Part shown: in pieces, positions 29,348 to 38,471 of the stretch | Layout of the letters: each line of letters opens with the position of its first letter | Position numbering within the stretch: the stretch's first letter is position 1 | NCBI GenBank assembly: GCA_965248925.1 | Contig: CBDFLE010000006.1 | Location: 4,352,001-4,416,000, forward strand | Length of the DNA stretch: 64,000 bases | Source of the DNA: Candidatus Multivoradales bacterium | GTDB lineage: Bacteria; Acidobacteriota; Thermoanaerobaculia; Multivoradales; J023 | Reading direction: 5' to 3' | Notes under the pieces: model-generated | Told to the model about the DNA's origin: nothing | Seen by the model: only the letters and a program-made list of their open reading frames with translations | Database searches by the model: none | Program-made: the position numbers and the translations under genes

Positions 29348-30298
29348 AACGTGCTCCTTTGGGTTGTTAGGTTCCTGTTTGCCCGAATCCGCCAAGCCTT
29401 AGAGCGGTCCAAACTCCGGTTGGTGCCGATTTCTTTTCTGGTTGGAAACCACCAGCAAACCTAGCGAGATCGGAATTCTGCCGGCAGCATCCTCTGTTCT
29501 GCTGACACCATCAGCTTTGAGTCGAACACTGCGCGGTCTCCGGCGAGCATTTTGTTCTTGCCGTGGCCAGCGACGGCATCGTCGCCAATCGCCCGCCTGC
29601 TCGTTTACGGCAATGCAAGCCGCTTCTTCAATTCGGATGCCTTGTGTTGCTCATCCCGTACTCCATGATTATTGCAACCCTCCTTTGTAGATTGAGAAGA
29701 CACACATCACCAACCCGGCGCACGGCGCCGCGTTTGAGTGCACGTTACCAGCGCGGCGCGTGCGCCGACTCGCCGAAAACCACGCGGAGGATATGGTCTT
29801 TGACTAGAGGCACGCCGCGCGGACCGACAGATCGGCACGGGCAATGTTCCAGGTTGTGGGATGGTCAGAAAGAATATTTTTAAAAATCCTCCAAATCCTA
29901 GAGTGACGACCGGATCTCGAAGGTCCGATCGAGATTTCATGACCGCAAGCTCGCAGGCCTCAGGAGCGAGGGTACATATTTTGTAGGGAAAACTATATCA
30001 TATGGGTTCATATGAAAGCAACGATCTCAGGAGAAATCCTCTCGAGACACCAGCTCCCGATACACCTGCGTCTCGCCAATACTCTGTCCGCCAGTAGAAT
30101 CAGAGAGGTGCAGCCCATAGGCGCCAACGCATACTTCTCTTCTCGGAGGTCTTCGTAGGGCATGATCGAGCCATGATCCGCGCTCTCCTAGCTTCCCTAC
30201 TTGGCTCCAGAGCCGACTTCGCCCTCCGGCAGATCCAGCCCCCGCCGCTTCGCCATCTTGGCTGCGACGTGCTCGAAGACGCGAGCAAACGCCCCAAA

Positions 30299-30325
30299 TG
30301 GAGCTACCCCGGTTTGGTGGACAGT
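30299..30325. mobile_element. Isolated IS3-family-like terminal inverted repeat
   Basis: TGGAGCTACCCCGGTTTGGTGGACAGT resembles IS3-family ends (TG...CCCC...GTGGACA); no partner end or transposase. Confidence 0.4.
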
Positions 30326-30694
30326 TTATCTCTTCGAACCTCCGTCAAAGTGGGGGTGTGGGAGCTGCTGTCCTGCCTCGCGGTTAGGTTGGACCCAAGA
30401 TGGCGTATTTCTTGTGAGTGTTGCTTTTCTTGCCCTACGTGCCCTCATCATTAGGCGACCGGCCGCTGGATGTCTCCGCCGAGCTATAGGCCACCCCAAG
30501 AGGACCCCAAGCTCCTGCATCACCACCAGCGTCCCGCATCCAAGCACCAAGAAGACACAGCCGAACATGCTCCTTGTCCTCATTCCTACAGTCGAAGGCG
30601 GTGGATGACCGCTCCTTCAACCTCGCTACCGCCTCGACGAAGCGATCGCCGGACCGGGGATCGACCCACCACCGTATTCGGCCGCCCATCAGCT

Positions 30695-31901
30695 GTTTCG
30701 GTTCGCTGAAGCCGGGCCGCTGGCGACGTGGGGCCAGGTGTCGTTTGGAATGTTCTCGGATGCGTTATATTCGCGGCAACTTTTCATGCGCTCCGGAAGC
30801 GCCCTCAGAGGCTTTTTTGCAAGATGAGTGATGGTCGGCGAGGTTTGCGCGGTGTGTGTGTTTTTTGTGGTTCTAGCGAGGGGCGGGCAGCGGCTTACCT
30901 CACCGCTGCCCAGAATCTCGGCCGATTGTTGGCGGAGCGCCGGCTGGAGCTGGTCTACGGCGGCGGCAGCGGCGGCCTGATGGGGTGCATTGCCGACGCG
31001 GCGCTGGCTGCCGGTGGCCGGGTGGTGGGGGTGATTCCTCGCGCCATGCTCGATTGGGAGGTCGAGCACCGCCAGCTCGACGAACAGCATGTGGTGGGCT
31101 CGATGCATGAGCGCAAGGAGAAAATGCACCAACTGTCGGATGCCTTCATCGCCATGCCGGGAGGCTTGGGGACCCTGGAGGAGCTGTTTGAGATCTGGAC
31201 TTGGCTCCAGCTCGGGGTGCATGGCAAGCCGGTGGCCTTGCTCAATGTCGAGGGCTATTGGGATCCGATGATCACTATGCTCGACCGGGCCACCGAGCAA
31301 GGATTCATCAAGCTCGAACAGCGCCGGACGTTGATTGTCGAGGCGGATGGCGAAGCTATTTTGGATCGCTTCGCAGATTTTCGCGACCCCCGGCTGCGAC
31401 AATGGAACGATGGTGGCACCGGTGACGGCGCCGATTCTCAACCTCTCGACTCTGGAGATTCGTAATGCGATTTTTCGCCTCGCTGCTGGTTTCGCTTTCG
31501 CTTTTGTTACTGCTGGCCCACTGCGGGCAGCCAGATGGTGGTCACTCTTCAGCTAGCGCCGCACTCGATGCTGATCTGCGAGCGGTTGCGGTGGAGTTGC
31601 GCGACAGCTCTGCCGAGCGCTCTCAGGCTTATGAGTTTCTGCGTCAGCTGACTTCTGAGGTGGGGGCGCGGCCCGCGGGTTCGCCGGCCGATTCTCTGGC
31701 GGTGGCTTGGGCGGTGGCCAAGCTCGAGGAGATGGGTTTCGAAAATGTCCGCGCTGAGTCGGTGACCGTTCCCCATTGGCGGCGCGGCGAGGCGGTCGCA
31801 TCGCTGTTGGCGCCAGTGGCGGAGGAGCTGGTGGTGGTGGCGCTGGGGGGCAGCGTTGGAACCGCGGCGGGTGGAGTCGAAGCCGAAGTGGTGGAATTTC
31901 C
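30695..31901 (+). repeat. 1207-bp direct repeat, copy 2 (right island boundary)
   Basis: Colinear with 18740-19946. Confidence 0.95.
30824..31465 (+). CDS. LOG family nucleotide phosphoribohydrolase, copy 2
   Basis: Same length and motifs as copy 1 with a few amino-acid changes. Confidence 0.92.
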   Translation: MSDGRRGLRGVCVFCGSSEGRAAAYLTAAQNLGRLLAERRLELVYGGGSGGLMGCIADAALAAGGRVVGVIPRAMLDWEVEHRQLDEQHVVGSMHERKEKMHQLSDAFIAMPGGLGTLEELFEIWTWLQLGVHGKPVALLNVEGYWDPMITMLDRATEQGFIKLEQRRTLIVEADGEAILDRFADFRDPRLRQWNDGGTGDGADSQPLDSGDS

Positions 31902-32907
31902 GTCTCTTGAGGCCTTGGAGGAGGAGGTGGCTGCGGAGCGGGTGGCAGGCAAGATTGTCTTCATCAACAAACGCATGCAGCGCAAGCGCGACGGCGCGGA
32001 CTATGGCCCAGCGGTGCAGGGGCGGGTCCACGGCGCTTCGCGGGCGGCGGAAAAAGGAGCTCTGGCGGTGGTTATTCGCTCGGCCGGCACCGCCACCGAA
32101 CGGGTGGCCAACACCGGTACGATGATCTACGCCGAGGGGGTGCCGCAGATTCCAGCGGCGGCACTGTCGAACCCCGATGCCGATCGGCTTGAGGAACTGC
32201 TCGCCGAGGGCGCGGTGCGATTGCGTCTCGAACTCGGTTGCGAGACTCTGCCGGACGAGCAATCGGCCAATGTCATCGGTGAGATTCCCGGCGGCGAGTC
32301 TCCCGAAGAGATTGTGCTGCTAGCGTGCCATCTGGACTCGTGGGGTCTTGGCGAAGGGGCCATCGACGATGGTCTGGGCTGTGCGACGATCACCGAGGCA
32401 GCGCGCCTGGTGGGCCAGTTGCCGCGCCATCCGCGGCGCACCCTGCGGGTGCTCCTAGCCGCCAACGAAGAGTTTGGACTTTCCGGTGCCAAGGCCTATG
32501 GGGTGGCCCATGCTGACGAACTCGACCGCCATGTGGTGGCGATGGAGTCAGATTTTGGCGTCGGCTGGGTGTGGACTTTGCGTTCGCGGGTCGATCCGGC
32601 GTTCGCGCCGACAGTGGCGGCGATTGCCGAAGTTCTCGAGCCGCTGGGCATCGCCTGGGATCAGCAGCAACCCGCATATGGCGGTGCCGATTTGAGTCCC
32701 CTGCGCCCCGCCGGAGTGCCGATGTTCGACCTGCCGGGGGACAGCACGCACTACTTCGACTATCACCACAACGCCAATGACACCTTTGCCGCGGTCGACA
32801 AAGAAGGGCTCGACCAAGCGGTTGCCGCCTGGGCGACGATGAGCTACATCCTGGCCGAACACGAGCCTGGTTTTGGCCGGGTACCACCGTCCGAGGACGG
32901 TCACTGA
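31465..32907 (+). CDS. M28 family metallopeptidase (carboxypeptidase Q-like), probable lipoprotein, intact
   Basis: Lipobox-like LLAHC; PA domain; HLDSW, GAIDDG, NEEFGL, MESD, YHH. Confidence 0.9.
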   Translation: MRFFASLLVSLSLLLLLAHCGQPDGGHSSASAALDADLRAVAVELRDSSAERSQAYEFLRQLTSEVGARPAGSPADSLAVAWAVAKLEEMGFENVRAESVTVPHWRRGEAVASLLAPVAEELVVVALGGSVGTAAGGVEAEVVEFPSLEALEEEVAAERVAGKIVFINKRMQRKRDGADYGPAVQGRVHGASRAAEKGALAVVIRSAGTATERVANTGTMIYAEGVPQIPAAALSNPDADRLEELLAEGAVRLRLELGCETLPDEQSANVIGEIPGGESPEEIVLLACHLDSWGLGEGAIDDGLGCATITEAARLVGQLPRHPRRTLRVLLAANEEFGLSGAKAYGVAHADELDRHVVAMESDFGVGWVWTLRSRVDPAFAPTVAAIAEVLEPLGIAWDQQQPAYGGADLSPLRPAGVPMFDLPGDSTHYFDYHHNANDTFAAVDKEGLDQAVAAWATMSYILAEHEPGFGRVPPSEDGH

Positions 32908-33058
32908 GAGGCGCTGGCTCTGCCAATGTAAGTGTCGAAGTGCCGTAATCCAAGAGTAGATAAAATGCGTTCGGACCTGAGAGTTCTGGGCAACAACTGG
33001 TAAGACTTGTTTAGAGGTCCAAAACGCACAGAGAAGGTTCTGTCTTTCCTCGTTATGC

Positions 33059-33163
33059 TCCGGTGACGGCAACGCGATTCTCGGACGAGCTTCAGCGGCC
33101 TTGTTCGTGGACGGCTTCGAGAGTGGTGATAGCGATAGTTGGAGCGCCAGTGTGACCGGCTAG
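33059..33163 (+). pseudogene. Orphan C-terminal DGFESGD-type tail remnant
   Basis: Reads ...ALFVDGFESGDSDSWSASVTG* with no in-frame start upstream. Confidence 0.5.
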
Positions 33164-33282
33164 ACGCCGGAATTTGCTGAGTCGGGACGACTTTGGGTCG
33201 GTTGTTCTTGCCGTTGACCGCCGATTGCAGGAGAATTCGGCCTGCCCGAGCCGCGCATGGTTCTTGCACAGGTTCAGAATCC

Positions 33283-34584
33283 ATGAGTTCATCCAGCACC
33301 CAACAGCCACGCCGTCTCTTGTATCGCCTCGCCGTTTCGCCGCGCTTGCCAGGCGCGGTGCTCCTTGGCCTGGCACTGCCCCTCGCTGTCGCGGTGCAGG
33401 GCCAGCCTGCGGTGCCAGATCCGTCGCCAGTGCCGGTGAACTCATCGACTTTCCAAGGTCAGCTCGAAGCTGAAACCGCCGAGGTGGTCAAACCACCGGC
33501 CGCGGATCGGCGCCAAGTCGAAGTGGTCAAGGCGGTGTTCGCGCCGCCGGGTCATCGCGAGGTCGAGGAGTTGCGCCTGTGGCGCCGGGGCGGTGGCCGC
33601 GTAGATTGGTCGCTGCAAGGGACTCAAATTGCCTGGGATCAGGCCGGTGAGGACGGCCTCTATGACCTGTGGGTCAGCGATATCGATGGCGGTACTGAGC
33701 GCTGCCTGACTTGCGACAACTTCGACTGGCGCAAAGTCAACGTCTTCAATCCAACCTGGCATCCGTCGGGGGATCTGCTGGTGGTGCAGGTTCAGGATGT
33801 AGCTCGCAAGCTGAAGATGGCGCCGGTGCCGCTGGCCACTGCCCACCGCGGTTTGCATAGCGAGTTCTGGGCTTTTACCGCGGACGGCAAGCGCTATTGG
33901 CGGCTGACCCGGTTCGACACTTTAGGCCACGCTGCCTTGGATCCCAAGTTCTCCAACGAGGGCAGCCGCTTGCTGTGGACCGAACGCTTGACCACCAAGG
34001 GTGGCCGTTGGGGGCGTTGGGCGGTGGGACTGGCCGATTTCAACATCAAACGCGGGGTGCCGCGGTTGGGTAAGCCCCACACCTACCAACCCTTCAGTGC
34101 CGCTGGCCTGCTCTTTGCCGACACCTTTACTCCCGACGATCGCGCGCTGTTGATCTCAGCCGGAACTCATCCCGGCACTGACGATCTGGTGGTGTTCAAG
34201 TACTCGCCCGAAGATGGCGAGCTGCGCCAGCTCAGCCCCCGCGGACGGGGCACGGACTCCAGTGCTCGTTTCGGTCCGCGCGGTCAGCGCATCGTCTGGG
34301 CTTCGAGCCGCGGCATCGGCTCGCCGCCCTGGTCGACTCGTTTGCCTTGGCACAACGACCTTTGGCGGATGGACGCTGATGGCAGTCACCAAGAGCGCCT
34401 GACCTATTTCAACGACCCTGACGGCGACTTCTACCTGGGCGAAGCGTTGATCGACGACTTGGCTTGGGACCCGCGCGGCCAGGGCCTGCTGGTGCATGTG
34501 GTCAATGCCGGACTCAACGGCGGCGAGCAGGCGGAGGAAGATCTCTACTTGCTGCGCTTTGCGGGTGAACCCCAGCGACCATGA
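33283..34584 (+). CDS. Secreted TolB-like/PD40 beta-propeller protein
   Basis: Repeated NPTWHPSGD, DPKFSNEG, FTPDDR, LWRMDADGS motifs; start uncertain. Confidence 0.65.
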   Translation: MSSSSTQQPRRLLYRLAVSPRLPGAVLLGLALPLAVAVQGQPAVPDPSPVPVNSSTFQGQLEAETAEVVKPPAADRRQVEVVKAVFAPPGHREVEELRLWRRGGGRVDWSLQGTQIAWDQAGEDGLYDLWVSDIDGGTERCLTCDNFDWRKVNVFNPTWHPSGDLLVVQVQDVARKLKMAPVPLATAHRGLHSEFWAFTADGKRYWRLTRFDTLGHAALDPKFSNEGSRLLWTERLTTKGGRWGRWAVGLADFNIKRGVPRLGKPHTYQPFSAAGLLFADTFTPDDRALLISAGTHPGTDDLVVFKYSPEDGELRQLSPRGRGTDSSARFGPRGQRIVWASSRGIGSPPWSTRLPWHNDLWRMDADGSHQERLTYFNDPDGDFYLGEALIDDLAWDPRGQGLLVHVVNAGLNGGEQAEEDLYLLRFAGEPQRP

Positions 34585-35750
34585 ATTCAGCGGCCGGCGC
34601 CTGGGAGGCAGTGGTCTTGGGGGGCGGCGTGGTCGGCGCGGCAGCGGCTGAGATCCTTGGCCGAAGAGGCCACCGTACTCTGCTGGTCGAGCGTTTTAGC
34701 CCGGGCCACGAACACGGCAGCTCGCACGGCGATGGGCGGATCATCCGCTATTCATATCCCGAAGAAGTCTATGTCGAGATGGCGGGGCAGGCCTACGCTG
34801 CCTGGCGGCGGCTCGAGCGTGCTGCCGGCACGGTGCTGCTAGAGCGCACCGGCAGCCTGGAGTGCGGGCCGCTGGGCTGTGCTGAGTTGGCCGATCTCGA
34901 AGCGAGTTTCCGGCGCTCGTCAATCGCTTACCAACACCTCGACGCGGCGGCGGTCAACCGCCGCTTTGCCGGCCTGCGGATCAGCGACCAACTCGAAGCG
35001 CTCTACCAAGAGGATGGTGGGATTGTCCGCGCCGGTCGCGCCGTGAAGACTCTGTGGCGCCTTTTGCGGCGGCAAGGAGTGGAGACTATGGCTGGCATGC
35101 GGGTGGTGGCGATCGAAGTGGTTGGAGATTGTCTTGTCTTGGTGGCTGCAGACGGTCGCCGGATCAGCACCGAGCGTTTGCTGTTGGCGGCCGGCAGCTG
35201 GTCTGGCCAGTTGCTTGCCGGGCTCGGGCTCGAACTGCCGCTGACGGTGACTCAAGAGCAAGTGGCCTACTTCGCCGCGCCGGGGGTAGACCACGGAATC
35301 GGCGCGATGCCGACCCTGATCGACTACTCCGATCCGCTGCCGTTCTATGCCTTGCCGCAAATCGACATCGCCGGGGTCAAGGTGGGTTGGCATCGCAGTG
35401 GTTGGCCGGTGGATCCTGATCAGCGGCCGCCGACCCGCGGCCGCCGGCTACGACGGTTAGCGAGCTACGTGGCGGAACGTTTGCCCCATCTCGAGCCGCG
35501 GCCGATGGCGGTGGTCGACTGCTTGTACACCAACACCCCGGACTTACATTTCATCATCGACCGCCATCCGGAATTGCCTCGGGTGAGTTTTGCCTGCGGG
35601 CTGTCGGGTCACGGTTTCAAGTTCGCTCCGGTCATCGCCGAGGCGTTGGTGGCGCTGGCGATGGAGCAGCCGCCGTCAATGCCGCTCGCGATGTTCGCTG
35701 CCGATCGCTTTGGCGCTCCGCAGGCCCCCGCCCGCCGCACCGGCGCCTAG
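34581..35750 (+). CDS. Monomeric sarcosine oxidase / N-methyl-L-tryptophan oxidase family
   Basis: GGGVVG, HGSSHGDGRIIR, CLYTNTPD, GLSGHGFKF. Confidence 0.88.
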   Translation: MNSAAGAWEAVVLGGGVVGAAAAEILGRRGHRTLLVERFSPGHEHGSSHGDGRIIRYSYPEEVYVEMAGQAYAAWRRLERAAGTVLLERTGSLECGPLGCAELADLEASFRRSSIAYQHLDAAAVNRRFAGLRISDQLEALYQEDGGIVRAGRAVKTLWRLLRRQGVETMAGMRVVAIEVVGDCLVLVAADGRRISTERLLLAAGSWSGQLLAGLGLELPLTVTQEQVAYFAAPGVDHGIGAMPTLIDYSDPLPFYALPQIDIAGVKVGWHRSGWPVDPDQRPPTRGRRLRRLASYVAERLPHLEPRPMAVVDCLYTNTPDLHFIIDRHPELPRVSFACGLSGHGFKFAPVIAEALVALAMEQPPSMPLAMFAADRFGAPQAPARRTGA

Positions 35751-35839
35751 CGCCGGCTGATTGAGGCCGGCCTCGGGCGTAATGACGACAGCTTTTGGGG
35801 GCGTCTACGTCCCCTACCGAGGACGAAAAGCGGGCCGTC

Positions 35840-36424
35840 TTAGAAACGTCCGGCAAGCCGTAGTAGCCGCCGGAGGGAGTCGTCCAGATCCAGCTGTTCA
35901 GTCTGCTCAAGCCGCCACCATTTGACCGCCCACGACTCGGTGCTCACCACCGGCTCGGCGTTGGCCGGGGCCAAGACCAAAAATCGACAGTCGAAGTGCA
36001 GATGCTCAGGCTCTCCCGGTCGCCGGGGAATGGAGTGGATGTCGAGATCGATCGGCTCGGCAAAGATGCGCAGTCCCTCGATTCCCCCTTCTTCCGTCGC
36101 TTCTCGCAGCGCTACCCCGGCGAGGTTGGCGTCGCCGTCGCAATGGCCACCGAGTTGCAACCAGCGGCCGAGCTTGCGGTGATGGGTGAGCAAGACCTGC
36201 CGTCGCGGCGGGTCGACCACCAGGGCGGAGGCGGTTAGATGACCCGGCCGGCAGCTTCGCTGGTGGGCGTCTTGCGGGTGTTGCTCGACGAAGGTCAGCA
36301 GGCGCCGCTTGAGGGTGGCCTGCGCTGGGTCTGGTGCGCGATAGGCTGCCAAGGTGTGGCGGGCAGCGTCGAGGTTGGGGTCGGGGGGTAGTTCGGCGAG
36401 GTTGCGCGCGAGTCTTGAGCCCAT
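35840..36424 (-). CDS. NUDIX hydrolase
   Basis: GHLTASALV, HHRKLGRWLQLGGHCDGD...ALREATEEGG, HLHFD. Confidence 0.88.
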   Translation of the reverse strand: MGSRLARNLAELPPDPNLDAARHTLAAYRAPDPAQATLKRRLLTFVEQHPQDAHQRSCRPGHLTASALVVDPPRRQVLLTHHRKLGRWLQLGGHCDGDANLAGVALREATEEGGIEGLRIFAEPIDLDIHSIPRRPGEPEHLHFDCRFLVLAPANAEPVVSTESWAVKWWRLEQTEQLDLDDSLRRLLRLAGRF

Positions 36425-36492
36425 GCCGTGGATGCTATCGCAGGTGGGCCCGCGACAGGTCGATGGTCACCCGCCGCCTTGGGTCTTGCCGC

Positions 36493-36530
36493 CTGCTCTG
36501 TGCCGCTGCTCTGTGCCGCTGCTCTGTGCC
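36493..36530. repeat. 13-bp tandem repeat x3
   Basis: CTGCTCTGTGCCG three times in a divergent intergenic region. Confidence 0.85.
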
Positions 36531-36651
36531 TTGCTAACATCTACTCCTCGCTACCGTAGAAAATGGGTGGGCGGATAGGTTGGCGGCTTTCTTGCTTCGG
36601 CTAATGACGTCGCTCCGAGATTTTGCACTGTATGACTTTCCGAGGTATTCC

Positions 36652-38460
36652 ATGCTCCATTCAGGTCGCCGATTCTCCCTTCGTGGATCGATTCTCTTGC
36701 AGCTGCTGTTGTTGGCCGCCTGGGTGCTACTGCCGCTGAGCAGTCGGCTGGCGGCACAAGACGATACGCCGGCTGAGCTATTTATCGATCGGGTTGATGT
36801 CAACGTGGTCAATGTCGAGGTCTTCGTTTCCGACCGGGACGGTAACCATGTGACCGACCTGAGCGTCGAGGAATTCGAGATTCTCGAGGATGGCCAGCCG
36901 GTGGAGATCTCCAATTTCTTCACCGTCGCCCGTCGCGACAAAGTGCTGGACAACCTGGAGCGCGACCGCGACCTGATCAGCGGTCAGTCGCCGCCGATCG
37001 GCGCGGCGCCACGCATCCGTGAAGTACCGGAAGATCAGCGCTTGCATCTGCTGATCTACATGGACCTGCTGAATATGCGGCCGCAGAGCAAGAAGCGAGT
37101 GCTGGCAGATCTCAAGGGTTTTCTCGAAGATCGCATGACTCAGGGCGATCGGGTCATGCTGGTCGGCTTCAATCGGTCGATCGATGTCGTCGAGCCCTTC
37201 ACGGAAGACCGCGAAGCGATCTTCCGTGGTCTGGCGGCGTTGGAGAAAGCGGCTACTTATCGCCAGATCGATCTCGCCAACCTGCGCCGCACGGTGCGCA
37301 ACATGTCGACTGACGCGGCCGCCGGTGACTTCGATTCCGCCTACCAGAACCTTCGTTCCTATGTGCAAGGGGCGAACAACGATCTACGCCAGACCATCAA
37401 GGGGCTGGGCTCGGTGGTGCGGTCATTGGCCGGTTTGCCAGGACGCAAGGCGCTTCTCTATGTCTCCGACGGGTTGCCACAACGTCCCGGCGAAGAACTC
37501 TACTCACTGCTCAGGGAGCTTACCGGTACCGAGTCGTTCAGTGGTTTCGGCGGTGATTTGATCGACCCGTCGATCGAGGCCCTACGCCAGGACCAAAGCT
37601 CGCTTTACTCTTCTGTCACCCGCGAAGCCAATGCCCACCAGGTCACCCTTTACACGATGGATGCCCGCGGCAGCGCCGGCGAGTCGACGCTCTCTGCCGA
37701 GTTCAATTTCTTCACCGAGACGGCTGGGGGACGAGGGGATTTCGACGCTATTCGCTCGATGAGTTTTCAAGAGCCCTTGCTTGAACTGGCCATCACCACC
37801 GGTGGGTCAGCGGTGCTGAATACCTTCAATTTCGAGCAGGCTCTGGGTGGCATCAGCCGCGATTTCGACAGCTTCTACTCCTTGGGCTATCGCTCGCGCC
37901 GGGGCGGCGATGGCAAGTACCACGATATCGAGGTGCGGATAACCCGTCCGGGCCTCCGTGTCCGTCACCGCGAGGGCTATCTGGACAAGCCTGAGGGCGA
38001 GCGGGTCGCCGACCGCGTGCTGTCGTCGTTGATTCTCGACCTGGAGAAGAACCCGCTGGGGGTGGAACTCGATTTTGGCACTCCCGAGAAGATAGGTCGA
38101 GGCAAGTACCTACTGCCGATCATTGTCCGGGTGCCGTTCCGCGACCTCACACTTTTGCCCCATGGCGAGGTCGAAGAGGGCCGCCTGTCGATTTTTGTGG
38201 CGGTGCAGGACGAGCGCGGAGGAATCTCGGACCTGGCCAAGATTCCCTATCCACTGTCGATTCCCAATGCCCTGGTGGCGCGGGCCCGCGAGCAGGAGCT
38301 GGGCTATCAAACGCAGCTGAAGATTGGCCGGGGAACGCCCAAGATAGTGGTCGGGGTGTGGGACGAACTCTCCGGCACCGAGTCCTTCGTCCAGAAGCGA
38401 GTGCTGGTGGGTGAGGAGAAGGGGCGCAAGAAAAAGAAAAGCGGCCGCCGCGGTCTTTAG
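36652..38460 (+). CDS. Acidobacterial-type VWA domain protein, secreted
   Basis: VDVNVVNVEVFVSDRDGNHVTDL, LPGRKALLYVSDG, TGG, YSLGY, VRHREGY. Confidence 0.8.
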   Translation: MLHSGRRFSLRGSILLQLLLLAAWVLLPLSSRLAAQDDTPAELFIDRVDVNVVNVEVFVSDRDGNHVTDLSVEEFEILEDGQPVEISNFFTVARRDKVLDNLERDRDLISGQSPPIGAAPRIREVPEDQRLHLLIYMDLLNMRPQSKKRVLADLKGFLEDRMTQGDRVMLVGFNRSIDVVEPFTEDREAIFRGLAALEKAATYRQIDLANLRRTVRNMSTDAAAGDFDSAYQNLRSYVQGANNDLRQTIKGLGSVVRSLAGLPGRKALLYVSDGLPQRPGEELYSLLRELTGTESFSGFGGDLIDPSIEALRQDQSSLYSSVTREANAHQVTLYTMDARGSAGESTLSAEFNFFTETAGGRGDFDAIRSMSFQEPLLELAITTGGSAVLNTFNFEQALGGISRDFDSFYSLGYRSRRGGDGKYHDIEVRITRPGLRVRHREGYLDKPEGERVADRVLSSLILDLEKNPLGVELDFGTPEKIGRGKYLLPIIVRVPFRDLTLLPHGEVEEGRLSIFVAVQDERGGISDLAKIPYPLSIPNALVARAREQELGYQTQLKIGRGTPKIVVGVWDELSGTESFVQKRVLVGEEKGRKKKKSGRRGL

Positions 38461-38471
38461 TTGATCGGTCG

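Larger units (their letters stand above)
28786..29480 (-). repeat. Tandem duplication of the precursor unit (~356-bp period)
   Basis: 28786-29124 aligns with 29142-29480, including non-coding flanks. Confidence 0.9.
18740..31901. mobile_element. Accessory island bounded by a long direct repeat; no integrase or transposase gene
   Basis: Duplicated LOG and M28 5' segment flank the cargo (TPR/attC/TIR fragment, lanthipeptide cluster, IS-like end). Confidence 0.7.

Noticed and set aside
31465-32907. M28 peptidase as the dedicated lanthipeptide leader protease
   Set aside because: It is on the opposite strand, coupled to LOG and part of the host target locus; proximity is explained by the integration.
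36493-36530. 13-bp triple repeat as an operator or iteron array
   Set aside because: No dyad symmetry, no other copies and no rep gene; likely slippage.
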